A DNA stretch of 64,000 bases from positions 32,001 through 96,000 of IMG/VR virus record IMGVR_UViG_3300045738_002140; one strand, written 5' to 3'. Source of the DNA: a virus. This document shows, piece by piece, positions 54,350 through 63,839 of the stretch. Below the pieces are notes generated by a model. That model ran no database searches. It saw nothing but the letters and a program-made list of their open reading frames with translations, and was not told the origin of the DNA. Every line of letters begins with the position of its first letter. Within the stretch, counting starts at the first letter, position 1. Made by a program: the position numbers and the translations under genes.

Positions 54350-55140
54350 TTATTTCGCATAAACATAAATTTATTTTTATTCACACAGAAAGGACTGGCG
54401 GAACGTCTATTGCAAAATCGCTCATCCCCCACCTAGGGCCTAAGGATGAAATTTATGGCTACACCCACGAAGGAGAACTACTCTCCGACAAAAACAGAAG
54501 CATAAACCTAAGAGGCGGATCAGGCAAACGCCACGAGCAAGGACTGAGCCCTTGGAAGCATTCGACCGCACATTGGGTGAAAAAGCATGTGGGCAACAGG
54601 AAATGGAAGGCGTACTTTAAGTTCGCTTTCATTAGGAACCCTTGGGATATATATCTTTCTCTTTTTCATCACTGGAAAAAAGGCAAAGGCAAATGGGACC
54701 CAGTTCCGAAGGGTTTTCCGGAAAAGTACAATAAGATAAAAAAAATGTCATTTGATGAGTATCTCTGCTCAAACCTTAAGTGGGAATATACGTTACTAGA
54801 TTACCTCCTTGTGGAAAAAAAAGAGCCCAGCAGAGTTGACCCCTTTGCCTCAGGAACCTCTGCTCAGGACATAGGAATTGACCTAGACTTTGTGGGGAGA
54901 TACGAAAAACTAAGATTAGATTTTTCTTATTTATGTGGTCGGCTAGACCTACCTAATTTGTTTTTATGGAGAAATAATGAATCTAGATCACTAGAGGACA
55001 GGCGTCATTTTTCCTCGTATATAAAAAACGAAAAATCGAGAAGCGAAATAAGAAAAAAACATAGCGTTGATACAAATTATTTTAAATACTCATACGAATA
55101 TAACGAATATGAGGACAGTTGGAACTATTACATGATGTAA
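54346..55140 (+). CDS. Sulfotransferase family 2
   Basis: IHTERTGGTS, FIRNPW, FVGRYE; paralog of 48987. Confidence 0.85.
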   Translation: MIISHKHKFIFIHTERTGGTSIAKSLIPHLGPKDEIYGYTHEGELLSDKNRSINLRGGSGKRHEQGLSPWKHSTAHWVKKHVGNRKWKAYFKFAFIRNPWDIYLSLFHHWKKGKGKWDPVPKGFPEKYNKIKKMSFDEYLCSNLKWEYTLLDYLLVEKKEPSRVDPFASGTSAQDIGIDLDFVGRYEKLRLDFSYLCGRLDLPNLFLWRNNESRSLEDRRHFSSYIKNEKSRSEIRKKHSVDTNYFKYSYEYNEYEDSWNYYMM

Positions 55141-55141
55141 C

Positions 55142-55495
55142 ATGAAAACAAGAGCGAAAAGGGTAGAAAAAATATGGGGTTACGAGCTGTGGCTAGCTAA
55201 TGACGAAGATAACGACTACTGCGGCAAGATACTGCACGTAAATAAAGGGCATTCCTTTTCCATGCACTTCCACGCCGCTAAACACGAAACCTTTTACATA
55301 CTAAGTGGATCAGCAAGACTCAACATAATTGATACGGTGACAGCAAAGGTAAACTCGACAATCCTAGAAGAGGGCGACTGTTATATGATAGACAGGCTGG
55401 TGCCACACCAAATAGAAGCCCTAGAAGAGCTAGAAATAATAGAGAGCAGCACACACCACATGGACGAAGACAGCCACAGAGTATGGATAAAATAA
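55142..55495 (+). CDS. Cupin (mannose-6-phosphate isomerase/lyxose isomerase-like)
   Basis: KIWGYE, SMHFH..KHETF, PHQ, DSHRV. Confidence 0.85.
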   Translation: MKTRAKRVEKIWGYELWLANDEDNDYCGKILHVNKGHSFSMHFHAAKHETFYILSGSARLNIIDTVTAKVNSTILEEGDCYMIDRLVPHQIEALEELEIIESSTHHMDEDSHRVWIK

Positions 55496-56214
55496 CATAT
55501 CTTTTCGACGTAGACGGCACGCTTACGAAGCCTATACAAAAAATGGAAGCAGGGTTCACTGTCTCTTTTCTTTCTTGGATGAATGACAAGACTGTTTTTT
55601 TGGCTGCAGGCAGCAACATAGAAAAAATACAAAGACAACTCCCCTCTAGCGTGTTATCTAGATTAGATGGAATTTTCTGTTGTATGGGTAACGAATTCTG
55701 GCAAAAAAATAAATTAATTTATCAAAACGAATTTAATGTACCATTTAGATTAAAAGAAATGCTCACCTCGTTTCAAATGTATACGAGCTTTCCGGTTAAA
55801 GCAAAAAAGGGTGGTCGTGGCAATATCTTTGAACATAGAGCGGGCATGTTGAACTTTACCACGATAGGAAGAAACGCAGACACAGAAGAACGAAATAAAT
55901 ACTGTAAATGGGACGAAAAATACGGAGAAAGAAAGAGTATAGCGCTTGAAATTGAAGACCAATTCCCAGAGCTAGAGGCTAGACTTGGCGGACAAATAAG
56001 CATAGACATACAACCCAAAGGCAACAACAAATCACAGGCCAGCCAATGGGTAAGAGAAAATATAGGAGGAGAAATAATTTTTGTTGGAGACAAATGCCTC
56101 AAAGGCGGAAATGATTATGATATTGTTTTTGACCTTATACGTAACCAAGATGGCCTATTCTTTCAGGTCGACTCCCCCGACGAAACAGAGGGGCTACTTA
56201 AAGACTTAAAATGA
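55483..56214 (+). CDS. HAD-IIB phosphomannomutase (eukaryote-type PMM)
   Basis: FDVDGTLT, EHRAGMLNF..IGR, GGQISIDI.PKG..K, GDKC..GGND. Confidence 0.88.
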   Translation: MDKITYLFDVDGTLTKPIQKMEAGFTVSFLSWMNDKTVFLAAGSNIEKIQRQLPSSVLSRLDGIFCCMGNEFWQKNKLIYQNEFNVPFRLKEMLTSFQMYTSFPVKAKKGGRGNIFEHRAGMLNFTTIGRNADTEERNKYCKWDEKYGERKSIALEIEDQFPELEARLGGQISIDIQPKGNNKSQASQWVRENIGGEIIFVGDKCLKGGNDYDIVFDLIRNQDGLFFQVDSPDETEGLLKDLK

Positions 56215-56387
56215 AAGACAAAAAACAAGCACTAGACCTACTGGGTCAAATAATTGAGAAGTCAGAATATGACGACTCCCAGCACAAAAAAGAAATGATA
56301 GAACAACACCAAGGCTCTAAAGCTATAGGGGAAAGCTGGATGACTTTTTATTTGAAAAGGCTAAGGGAGCTAATGATAGATGAGTAG
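56211..56387 (+). CDS. Small hypothetical protein (58 aa)
   Basis: Manual translation; ATGA-coupled to the upstream gene and overlaps the downstream gene. Confidence 0.65.
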   Translation: MKDKKQALDLLGQIIEKSEYDDSQHKKEMIEQHQGSKAIGESWMTFYLKRLRELMIDE

Positions 56388-57294
56388 TTCCAAGAAAATA
56401 ATTCACCTTTCTCATCACAAAACAGGGACAGTTCTTATTAAGAACTTTTTGTCTATTTTGCTTGAGGAAACAGGGAGGAAAGTCATTCTCGATGAAGACT
56501 GTTCTTCTGTAGTTGACTTTTCTCCTCACGGAAGAGAGTGGAGGGCAGGCATAACAGAATCTGTTCGCATGTTTTCGCGCGGTGAGCCACAACACAATAT
56601 TTTTAATTTTTCTCAGCTGCGCAAATGGTACAATTTACCAGTCAAGGATCGCCTTCTGATTTCTCACTCAGTTAGAGACCCAAGAGATATGGTGGTTTCT
56701 GGTTATTTTTATCACAGCAGATGCAGCAAAGAGCTAGAACCTTGGGTCTTCGAAGAACAACACGAACAAGACTGGCCGAGATATTGGCTAAGGGAAAAAG
56801 GCGAGGACGCAAACAGGGTATATGACGATGTAGTCCTTAAATACCTTAAGCCAAATGAAGGATTAATAAAACAAAATATCTTAAAAAAGATGGAGAAGAA
56901 AGAGGCGTTAATATACGAAATGTTCGTCATGATTCACGAGCCCCTAAGACAAATGCACTATTGGAGAAACGCCAAAGGACAGGCCGCGACGGATGGCGTC
57001 CTAATTAAAGAAGTAAAATACGAAGATATAATGAAAGACTTTCGTGGGAGCTTTAGTGGGATTTTGGATTTCTATGAAATAACAGAGAAAAGAGAGCAGA
57101 TCCTAGAAAGGGCACAAGACCTAGATACATCTACTTGGAGCAAAAAGCAGGTTAAGAACGATCCGCACGTTAGCTTTAAATATAAAGAGAATCGATGGAA
57201 AGAACACTTTACCGACGAGACCAAATACTTATTTAAGTTATTTTTTGGGGATATACTTATTGATTTTGGGTACGAAAAAGACTATAATTGGTAG
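56380..57294 (+). CDS. Sulfotransferase domain protein
   Basis: HHKTGT, VRDPRDMVVSGY, VKYED. Confidence 0.85.
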   Translation: MSSSKKIIHLSHHKTGTVLIKNFLSILLEETGRKVILDEDCSSVVDFSPHGREWRAGITESVRMFSRGEPQHNIFNFSQLRKWYNLPVKDRLLISHSVRDPRDMVVSGYFYHSRCSKELEPWVFEEQHEQDWPRYWLREKGEDANRVYDDVVLKYLKPNEGLIKQNILKKMEKKEALIYEMFVMIHEPLRQMHYWRNAKGQAATDGVLIKEVKYEDIMKDFRGSFSGILDFYEITEKREQILERAQDLDTSTWSKKQVKNDPHVSFKYKENRWKEHFTDETKYLFKLFFGDILIDFGYEKDYNW

Positions 57295-57872
57295 TGATAG
57301 ATACAGTCACATGTGAATACGCGCTTCCCATATCTGGTGGGTGTCTAGCGGAAATAATTGATCCCCCAGATTGGCAGGAGGTAGATTTTCAGACAGATTC
57401 CTTTTTTACCCCACAAAAAGGGCTCTTTATTGATAACTATACAATATCAGAAGACGGACAACTATATAAAGACATAGTAGAAAGAGAAGTTGCAGAAAAC
57501 AAAGACGGATTTAGCGAAATAAAAGAAAAGAACAATGGCATAGAGAAACAAGACTATACAGGAGAAATAAACCTATACGGAATCCACCTTGAGGAGGAAT
57601 ATGATTTCTATGTCACCTTTAGAGCCCTTTTTTGGAAAGGCGACCTCAAAGAGCTTCTCTTAGATCAATGCGACAAGAACAGTAACGAGAAAAGAAAAGA
57701 AAGCCAGCGCAAACTAAAAGAACAACTGAAAAAGATACAGAAAGAAGAAAAGGAACAGAATGTGGTTTTGTCTTTTTTTAAAAATATACTTATTTTGTTT
57801 TTATTCTTGATAAGATGGATCTTTGGTAGCATAGTTAGGTTTGTTTGGAGGATTGAAAGGAAAATAAAATGA
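57288..57872 (+). CDS. Hypothetical phage protein
   Basis: FQT...YTISEDGQLY...YTGEI pattern; C-terminal hydrophobic segment. Confidence 0.7.
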   Translation: MVVIDTVTCEYALPISGGCLAEIIDPPDWQEVDFQTDSFFTPQKGLFIDNYTISEDGQLYKDIVEREVAENKDGFSEIKEKNNGIEKQDYTGEINLYGIHLEEEYDFYVTFRALFWKGDLKELLLDQCDKNSNEKRKESQRKLKEQLKKIQKEEKEQNVVLSFFKNILILFLFLIRWIFGSIVRFVWRIERKIK

Positions 57873-58345
57873 AAAGGTTAATTGTATTATTTATGTTTTT
57901 AGCATCGTCAGTTTTCTCGGACGAAGTGCTGACCCGAGACGAGCGAATCGTCGCTCTTACTATTCTCGGCGAAGCCAGAGGCGAAGGCAAGCGCGGCATG
58001 GAGGCCGTGGGGTGCGTAATTCAAAAACGGATGGATGAAGGCAATACCTTGACTCCGGCTCAAGTGTGCCTAGAACCTTGGCAGTTTAGCATCTGGAACG
58101 CCGGACGAGGGAAGGTTAAGAAAGAAAGCGAGTTGCATTATCTCTGGGGGTCGCCGTCCATGAAGGAGGCCAGAGAGATAGCGAGAAAAGTTTGTCGCCA
58201 CGGCATGAACCAGAAGCTAACGGGCGGCGCAAACCACTTTTGCACATTGGAAAAGAAACCATATTGGGCGTTTGATAAGGAAGCAAAGAGGTGGATTAAG
58301 CCCACTAAGATTATAGGTAATCATAAATTTTTTAAATTAAAATGA
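57869..58345 (+). CDS. Cell wall hydrolase (SleB/Hydrolase_2)
   Basis: Signal peptide; TILGEARGE, QFS.WN, GANHF, IGNHKF. Confidence 0.9.
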   Translation: MKRLIVLFMFLASSVFSDEVLTRDERIVALTILGEARGEGKRGMEAVGCVIQKRMDEGNTLTPAQVCLEPWQFSIWNAGRGKVKKESELHYLWGSPSMKEAREIARKVCRHGMNQKLTGGANHFCTLEKKPYWAFDKEAKRWIKPTKIIGNHKFFKLK

Positions 58346-58551
58346 AATTTTACGAAGCTAAGAGGAAGATGAACAATCTACAGTGGTGTCATCTCGCTTA
58401 CTTTAAAAAAAAGACTGATGCTGAGAGGTTTTTAAAAGATATAGGCGAATCCTACATTAAATCAGGGGTTAAAATAGAAGACGTTTATGGTGTTCCAACC
58501 CTAGAAATAGAAGAAAAGAAATTTTCTAATTTGAAAGATTTTGATTTATAA
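58342..58551 (+). CDS. Hypothetical protein
   Basis: ATGA-coupled ORF. Confidence 0.6.
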   Translation: MKFYEAKRKMNNLQWCHLAYFKKKTDAERFLKDIGESYIKSGVKIEDVYGVPTLEIEEKKFSNLKDFDL

Positions 58552-58563
58552 TATATAATAGGC

Positions 58564-59124
58564 GTGAGATTAGACCACATAGCGTACAGAGTAAAGGATA
58601 GACATAAAACAGCCAAGCTTTTCGTAGAGGCTTTTGGGTATGAGATAGGCACCTCTTTTGAGGTAAAGTTTGACGACGGATCACACGCAGACTGCCTCGT
58701 CTTAGCGCCGCCAGAAACAAGGCACCCACAAACTGACATGTGGACATACAGCGTATTGATGGGCGTTAATTTTAAGGGGGGAACAATTAAACCAGAATAT
58801 CACGCCCCACCTGAGATTTTTATTAGTGACGGAGGGCTTGGCTCGATCGTGGGGGACTGGGTAGCCGAAAGAGGCGGTGTAGGCGGCATACATCACATCG
58901 CTTACCAAGTTGAAGACGTAGAGGCCGTAATGGAGGAGTGGAAAGAGAAGGGCTACGCAGAATTTTACACAGAAGACCCCATTATCTGCAAAGAGCCAGA
59001 CCTTACCCAAGTATTTACAAAACCATCAGAGCTAACAGGAGTTATATATGAATTCATTAACAGAGAAGGTGCTGGCTTCTGCAAAGACAGCGTTAAGCAA
59101 CTTATGGAAAGCTCGGCCAAATAA
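58564..59124 (+). CDS. VOC-superfamily protein, resembling the HPPD C-terminal domain
   Basis: LDHIA, GIHHIAY.V.D, LTQVFTKP, YEFINR..GF. Confidence 0.8.
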   Translation: MRLDHIAYRVKDRHKTAKLFVEAFGYEIGTSFEVKFDDGSHADCLVLAPPETRHPQTDMWTYSVLMGVNFKGGTIKPEYHAPPEIFISDGGLGSIVGDWVAERGGVGGIHHIAYQVEDVEAVMEEWKEKGYAEFYTEDPIICKEPDLTQVFTKPSELTGVIYEFINREGAGFCKDSVKQLMESSAK

Positions 59125-59134
59125 TTATCATTTT

Positions 59135-60667
59135 ATGAAATTCGACGGCAAAAATTACATTGATGGAAAATGGGAGACCATAGCCCCGGACTATCAAAAC
59201 ATTAACCCCGCTACAGGGGCATCTTTGGGTTCGTTCCCAGCTACCGAACACAACGACGTACACAGGGCATACCTTGCGGCCCGCAGGACTTTCAAGAAAT
59301 GGAGAAAAGTTAGCAGGTTCGTAAGATCAGACTACATGTATAAAGTGGCCCAAATAATAGAGAGAAGGAGAGACGAATTAGCGACGGTCATATCTCTCGA
59401 AACAGGAAAAAATTACAACGAATCTATAGCGGAGGTGAACGAGGCGCTTCATATGGCTCAATTCGCCTTTAGCTCAGGAAGGTATTCCCACGGGGAAGTA
59501 GTCTCTTCTGAAATTGAAGATAAAGACGCGTACATGCTCCGTAAGCCAAAGGGTGTGATAGCAATTATATCACCGTTTAATTTCCCACTGGCAATAGGGG
59601 CCTATTGGTGCGCAGCGCCAGCCATTGTCGAAGGCAACACGGTCGTAATAAAACCAAGCGAAGATGCGCCGATGTCGACACAACTGGCTGTGGAAATTTA
59701 TGAGGAAGCGGGGCTCCCCCGTGGAGTCATTAACTTGGTTCACGGCTGCGGTGACACTGGCGATTTTCTGACCCACAGCGATGTGGATCATATTTGCTTT
59801 ACTGGTTCTGCCGAAGTTGGTCAGCATATTCGCAAGGTGGCAGCGGAAAGCTGGCATAAAACCACCTCTTGTGAGATGGGAAGCAAATCGGCATGCATTG
59901 TTTTTGATGACGTAGAGTACAGCCTGACTATGCCCGCGACAGTAGCAAGCGCGTTTAAACTTTCCGGTCAGCGCTGCGTTTCTTCTGGCCGCATGATTGT
60001 TCAGAGGACTATTTTTGATGAATTTGCAAAACGGTTTGCAGAAGAAGCCTCTAAGCTTAAGACCGGAAATCCGTTTCGTAAAGTGCTGGGGTCCACAGGG
60101 ACACCAGACGCCATCTGCTGGGAAGACTACCTCCCAGATGAGGGCATGTATTATGGGCCGCTTATCAACGAACAAGCATACCTTAAGGTCGCAAAGTATA
60201 ACCGAATGGTAATGAGCGACAGGGAAGCAGAGGTTTTACTAGAAGGAAAAAGACTAAGCGATTCAGATGGATACTTCATGTCTCCAATGGTTTATAAAAG
60301 CGAGTGGAGGGGCGCAGACGCCCCGTATCTCAGAGAGGAGGTTTTCGGCCCCCATGTAGCAATAATCCCCTTTGACACAATGGAGGACGCCATTCGCATT
60401 TATAACGATACAGAATACGGCCTTGCTCTTGGGGTTTTGACAAACGACTTCAGAAAAGCGAGGGTCATGAGGGACGAGTGCGAGGCGGGTATGATTTACT
60501 GGAATGGCGGGTCAATCGCAGCAGAGTCTCACCTATCCTTTGGCGGGGTTAAAAAATCAGGCAATGGATTTCCGAGCGCGGCAAGAACCTATCGCGCGGT
60601 GACACATGAGGTTAGCTGGACAGTCAACCATGCTGACGAGTTAACTTTTCCACAAGGGATGAAATGA
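59135..60667 (+). CDS. Aldehyde dehydrogenase
   Basis: ISPFNFP, KPSE, FTGS, EMG, GQRC, EEVFGP, FGGVKKSG; likely start MKFDG at 59135. Confidence 0.96.
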   Translation: MKFDGKNYIDGKWETIAPDYQNINPATGASLGSFPATEHNDVHRAYLAARRTFKKWRKVSRFVRSDYMYKVAQIIERRRDELATVISLETGKNYNESIAEVNEALHMAQFAFSSGRYSHGEVVSSEIEDKDAYMLRKPKGVIAIISPFNFPLAIGAYWCAAPAIVEGNTVVIKPSEDAPMSTQLAVEIYEEAGLPRGVINLVHGCGDTGDFLTHSDVDHICFTGSAEVGQHIRKVAAESWHKTTSCEMGSKSACIVFDDVEYSLTMPATVASAFKLSGQRCVSSGRMIVQRTIFDEFAKRFAEEASKLKTGNPFRKVLGSTGTPDAICWEDYLPDEGMYYGPLINEQAYLKVAKYNRMVMSDREAEVLLEGKRLSDSDGYFMSPMVYKSEWRGADAPYLREEVFGPHVAIIPFDTMEDAIRIYNDTEYGLALGVLTNDFRKARVMRDECEAGMIYWNGGSIAAESHLSFGGVKKSGNGFPSAARTYRAVTHEVSWTVNHADELTFPQGMK

Positions 60668-61095
60668 GCAACGGACACCCAGAAGCGGCACAATACGAAG
60701 AATACATGAGATATATGGAAAGACTTGACATGGAATTTCACGAATCAAAAAAATTATCATCAGATGATAGACAGGTTGTATTAGTTGACGTTGATGAGAC
60801 AATTTGTTTTTATTCTGGAGCAAGACAATACGATCTTGCTGAACCAAACCAAGAAAATATAGCAAAAATAAATAAATTATATGACGAGGGTTGGTATGTC
60901 GTTTACTGGACGGCTAGGGGAGGTTCTCAAAAATCTATATCATTAGGTAAGTGTTATTATGAATTTACTTGGAAGCAGCTAGAGTCTTGGGGGTGTAAAT
61001 TCCACGACCTATCTACTGGGTCAAAAGGCAAATACATTAAACCCGCTTGCGACATGGTTATTGATGATAAAGCTAGAAGAATTGAGGAGGTATAA
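60664..61095 (+). CDS. HAD-superfamily phosphatase
   Basis: DVDETI, WTARG, KP, IDDK. Confidence 0.85.
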   Translation: MSNGHPEAAQYEEYMRYMERLDMEFHESKKLSSDDRQVVLVDVDETICFYSGARQYDLAEPNQENIAKINKLYDEGWYVVYWTARGGSQKSISLGKCYYEFTWKQLESWGCKFHDLSTGSKGKYIKPACDMVIDDKARRIEEV

Positions 61096-61146
61096 AGTTA
61101 TAGCTAATAAAGAAAAAAGTAATGCAGGAAAGCTTGCCGAAGATTG

Positions 61147-61296
61147 ATGAACTATAAAGAATGGCTAAAATGGAGAGAAGAATATTTTAAAGAGGGTTGG
61201 AATTTGATTGAAAAAGAAAAATTAACTGAAGAACAACAAATGGAAGCTTGGGGAAAATATCTTAAGGAGACGGATTCAGGGCACAGACCGAGTTAA
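61147..61296 (+). CDS. Small hypothetical protein (49 aa)
   Basis: Manual translation MNYKEWLKWREEYF... Confidence 0.5.
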   Translation: MNYKEWLKWREEYFKEGWNLIEKEKLTEEQQMEAWGKYLKETDSGHRPS

Positions 61297-61319
61297 AAAA
61301 TAAAACTAAAATATATTAA

Positions 61320-61712
61320 ATGAAAAAAATATTACTATTAATTGCGTTAATCTTTGTCACGGGTTGCCCGTCGACCAAGTCCCCTTATTGGCCGCTAGCG
61401 ACCAAGTCCCCAGAGCGCCCAGAGCTACACCCTTTGGGTCCGATATCGGTGACTGGTGAAATTGATTCCATGCTCGCATATAAAGTTTATGTAAAGGGGC
61501 TAGTATGTCCAGCCTGTGCGGTTGGATTAAAAAAATTCTTACTGCGATTGCCTTTCGTTAAAACAATCCACGTTAATTATAAAACTGGTTTGGTTTTAAT
61601 ATATGAAATACATCCGCGCATTGACCCCAAAGGTATCAGAAAATTTGATAAGTCACGAATCACAAAAGCCGTTGATGACAGCGGGTATGAAGTAGATAGA
61701 TTTGTAAAATAA
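61320..61712 (+). CDS. Lipoprotein with a heavy-metal-associated (HMA) domain
   Basis: Lipobox VTGC; VKGLVCPACA; AVDDSGYEV. Confidence 0.85.
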   Translation: MKKILLLIALIFVTGCPSTKSPYWPLATKSPERPELHPLGPISVTGEIDSMLAYKVYVKGLVCPACAVGLKKFLLRLPFVKTIHVNYKTGLVLIYEIHPRIDPKGIRKFDKSRITKAVDDSGYEVDRFVK

Positions 61713-61723
61713 AGAAAAATATT

Positions 61724-61825
61724 ATGGCCAATAAAGAAAAAAGAAGAAAAGAAAAGAAAAAAGAACCACAACTAACTCCAGCCGAAAAAAGAAAGAAGAA
61801 AAGAGAAAAAAAGAGGAGTAAATAA
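61724..61825 (+). CDS. Very basic microprotein (33 aa)
   Basis: MANKEKRRKEKKKEPQLTPAEKRKKKREKKRSK. Confidence 0.6.
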   Translation: MANKEKRRKEKKKEPQLTPAEKRKKKREKKRSK

Positions 61826-61969
61826 ATGGTAGGAAGAAAAACATTTTCATACGACCACCAAGGGATAAAGAAAAAGACTCGCCAAGGCTGCGGCAACAAG
61901 AGCAAGGGTATGAAAAAATACAGGGGTCAAGGTGGCCCCAGAAAAAGATGCAAATTACCTAAAAAATAA
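61826..61969 (+). CDS. Basic microprotein with KKTRQG...YRGQG motif (47 aa)
   Basis: Manual translation; abuts the previous stop codon. Confidence 0.65.
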   Translation: MVGRKTFSYDHQGIKKKTRQGCGNKSKGMKKYRGQGGPRKRCKLPKK

Positions 61970-61973
61970 CTTT

Positions 61974-62177
61974 ATGAACAAACAAGAAGAAAACTGGAAA
62001 ATAATGCACATGCTTAACATGGCTTGGTCAGAGGCAACGAAACTGGAGAGCGAAGACAGAAGTTTTCTCCTAGAAAGAGCCGAGACCATAAGGGTTAAGA
62101 TGGAAAAAGAAGCCGAAGATGCTAGGCGTGGAGGGGCGCAAAACGTAGTGGCTCCTTCGGACTTAGACATCAAATGA
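61974..62177 (+). CDS. Hypothetical protein
   Basis: Likely start MNKQEE at 61974; ATGA-coupled to the next gene. Confidence 0.6.
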   Translation: MNKQEENWKIMHMLNMAWSEATKLESEDRSFLLERAETIRVKMEKEAEDARRGGAQNVVAPSDLDIK

Positions 62178-63283
62178 AAGCTGTTGTATTCGGCATAGGC
62201 AGGATGGGTCAGGCCATAGCTTACGCTATGGACAAGCTTGGCTATGATGTAATGGGCGTAGACGCTAAATCTACTGCTCGCAAATTACTGGAAGACCTAG
62301 TTCCCAACGCTAAATTTTTTCAATCTAGTGATTTGGAATTAGACTTCCCAGAGATACTTGACGAGGATAAACCAAAAGTAGATATCGTCATATCCTCGCT
62401 TCCCTACCATCAGACGAAAAGCCTTGGCGTCTATTGCATAGACGCCGGAGTTCGTTATTGCGACCTAGGAGGAAGGGTAGATGTTTCCGAGGCCATTGAT
62501 GACTACGCGAAGCAAGTAGCAAGTAAGCCCGTAATGACAGACCTCGGCTTGGCCCCGGGGTGGGTTAACATACTGGCAGAACAGGGCTGCAGAGACATTC
62601 ACGGCGACGCGACAGACGTTAAGATGATGGTCGGCGGCTTACCAGATTACCTTGAGAGCAACAAGAACCCACTCAGATACGGAATTACTTGGTCAATCGA
62701 TGGGCTTATTAATGAATACAGAGACGATTGCGTTATCCTAGAAAACGGAGAAATAAAAATAGTTAAAGGAATGGAAGGTCTCGAAGATGTAGAAGGGCAA
62801 AACTTCGGAAGGATGGAAGCATTCTATACCAGCGGTGGAGCCTCGCACTCCATTCGTTCAATGAAAGACAGAGGAGTCAAGAACTGTTCGTACAAAACCT
62901 TAAGATATAAAGGACACAGAGACATAGTTAAGTTTTTAATTAGAGACTGCGGATTAGACAACGAAACACTTAAACACATCTTTACCAAAGGGTGCGGCTT
63001 TGCAGATAAGGACGAGGTTCTCGTGCTGGCAGAAGTAAAGGGCGGGGACAAAACTTGGAGACAAGAGAAAGTCATCAAGGCTGATAAAAAATTTTCAGCA
63101 ATGCAAAAAGCGACAGCTTTTCCAATTTCTTCCGTAGCAGCCCTTATGGCTAAAGGAACCTTTGACGGCAAGAAAGACCAGCACAGAGATTATTATACTC
63201 ATTTTGAAAAAGCATTATCTTACAAAGATATACCATTTGATGAATTTTACAAAAACCTTATAACCCTTGGCCTAGAGAGTTGA
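62174..63283 (+). CDS. Saccharopine dehydrogenase/lysine 6-dehydrogenase family protein
   Basis: GIGRMG, YCDLGG, GLAPG, VGGLP, WSIDGLINEY, EAFYTSGG, YKTLRY.GH. Confidence 0.9.
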   Translation: MKAVVFGIGRMGQAIAYAMDKLGYDVMGVDAKSTARKLLEDLVPNAKFFQSSDLELDFPEILDEDKPKVDIVISSLPYHQTKSLGVYCIDAGVRYCDLGGRVDVSEAIDDYAKQVASKPVMTDLGLAPGWVNILAEQGCRDIHGDATDVKMMVGGLPDYLESNKNPLRYGITWSIDGLINEYRDDCVILENGEIKIVKGMEGLEDVEGQNFGRMEAFYTSGGASHSIRSMKDRGVKNCSYKTLRYKGHRDIVKFLIRDCGLDNETLKHIFTKGCGFADKDEVLVLAEVKGGDKTWRQEKVIKADKKFSAMQKATAFPISSVAALMAKGTFDGKKDQHRDYYTHFEKALSYKDIPFDEFYKNLITLGLES

Positions 63284-63284
63284 G

Positions 63285-63839
63285 ATGGACGCAGAAAACT
63301 GGCATTACCCTATTTCCGAGGTGGGAGATTCATTTTGTGATGTGATTGATCAAATGGGTGATTTCAAGATGGAACAAAAGGAGGTTCCGCTCATAATCAG
63401 ATTAACAGAAAACCCGCGCTACAAAACATCCAAGATATTCACCGGAGCCGTCAGTCTCTTTGCCCATGACTGTATTCATGTACTACTTGGCCGAGGTCTT
63501 CTGCTAAAAGACGAAGCTTTCGTAATCGGATATACAATGGGGTCAGCCAAAAAAATGAGCAGATGGCGCAGAAATTTATTCATGATCGTGTCAAAGCACC
63601 TTTACCCAGAGGGTTATCGTTTTGGAGAAGAAGAACGTTATGTTTTTTACTCAGGGATAATGGCAGGCAATAGATGCCCAGTTGACCTTTCCCTGATTGA
63701 CTTTAGCAGCCCAGAGTACCAAGACTGTACCGTCGGTCAGGTTAGAAAAAAAATAGGGATAGACAAAGCCCTACTTAAATGTTATTATTGTACCGAGAAG
63801 AAGCTCTTTAAAGATAAAGAGTCTCAAAGGTTGGTATGA
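63285..63839 (+). CDS. Coq4-like metal-binding protein
   Basis: HDCIHVLLG......DE (HDxxH-x11-E). Confidence 0.6.
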   Translation: MDAENWHYPISEVGDSFCDVIDQMGDFKMEQKEVPLIIRLTENPRYKTSKIFTGAVSLFAHDCIHVLLGRGLLLKDEAFVIGYTMGSAKKMSRWRRNLFMIVSKHLYPEGYRFGEEERYVFYSGIMAGNRCPVDLSLIDFSSPEYQDCTVGQVRKKIGIDKALLKCYYCTEKKLFKDKESQRLV

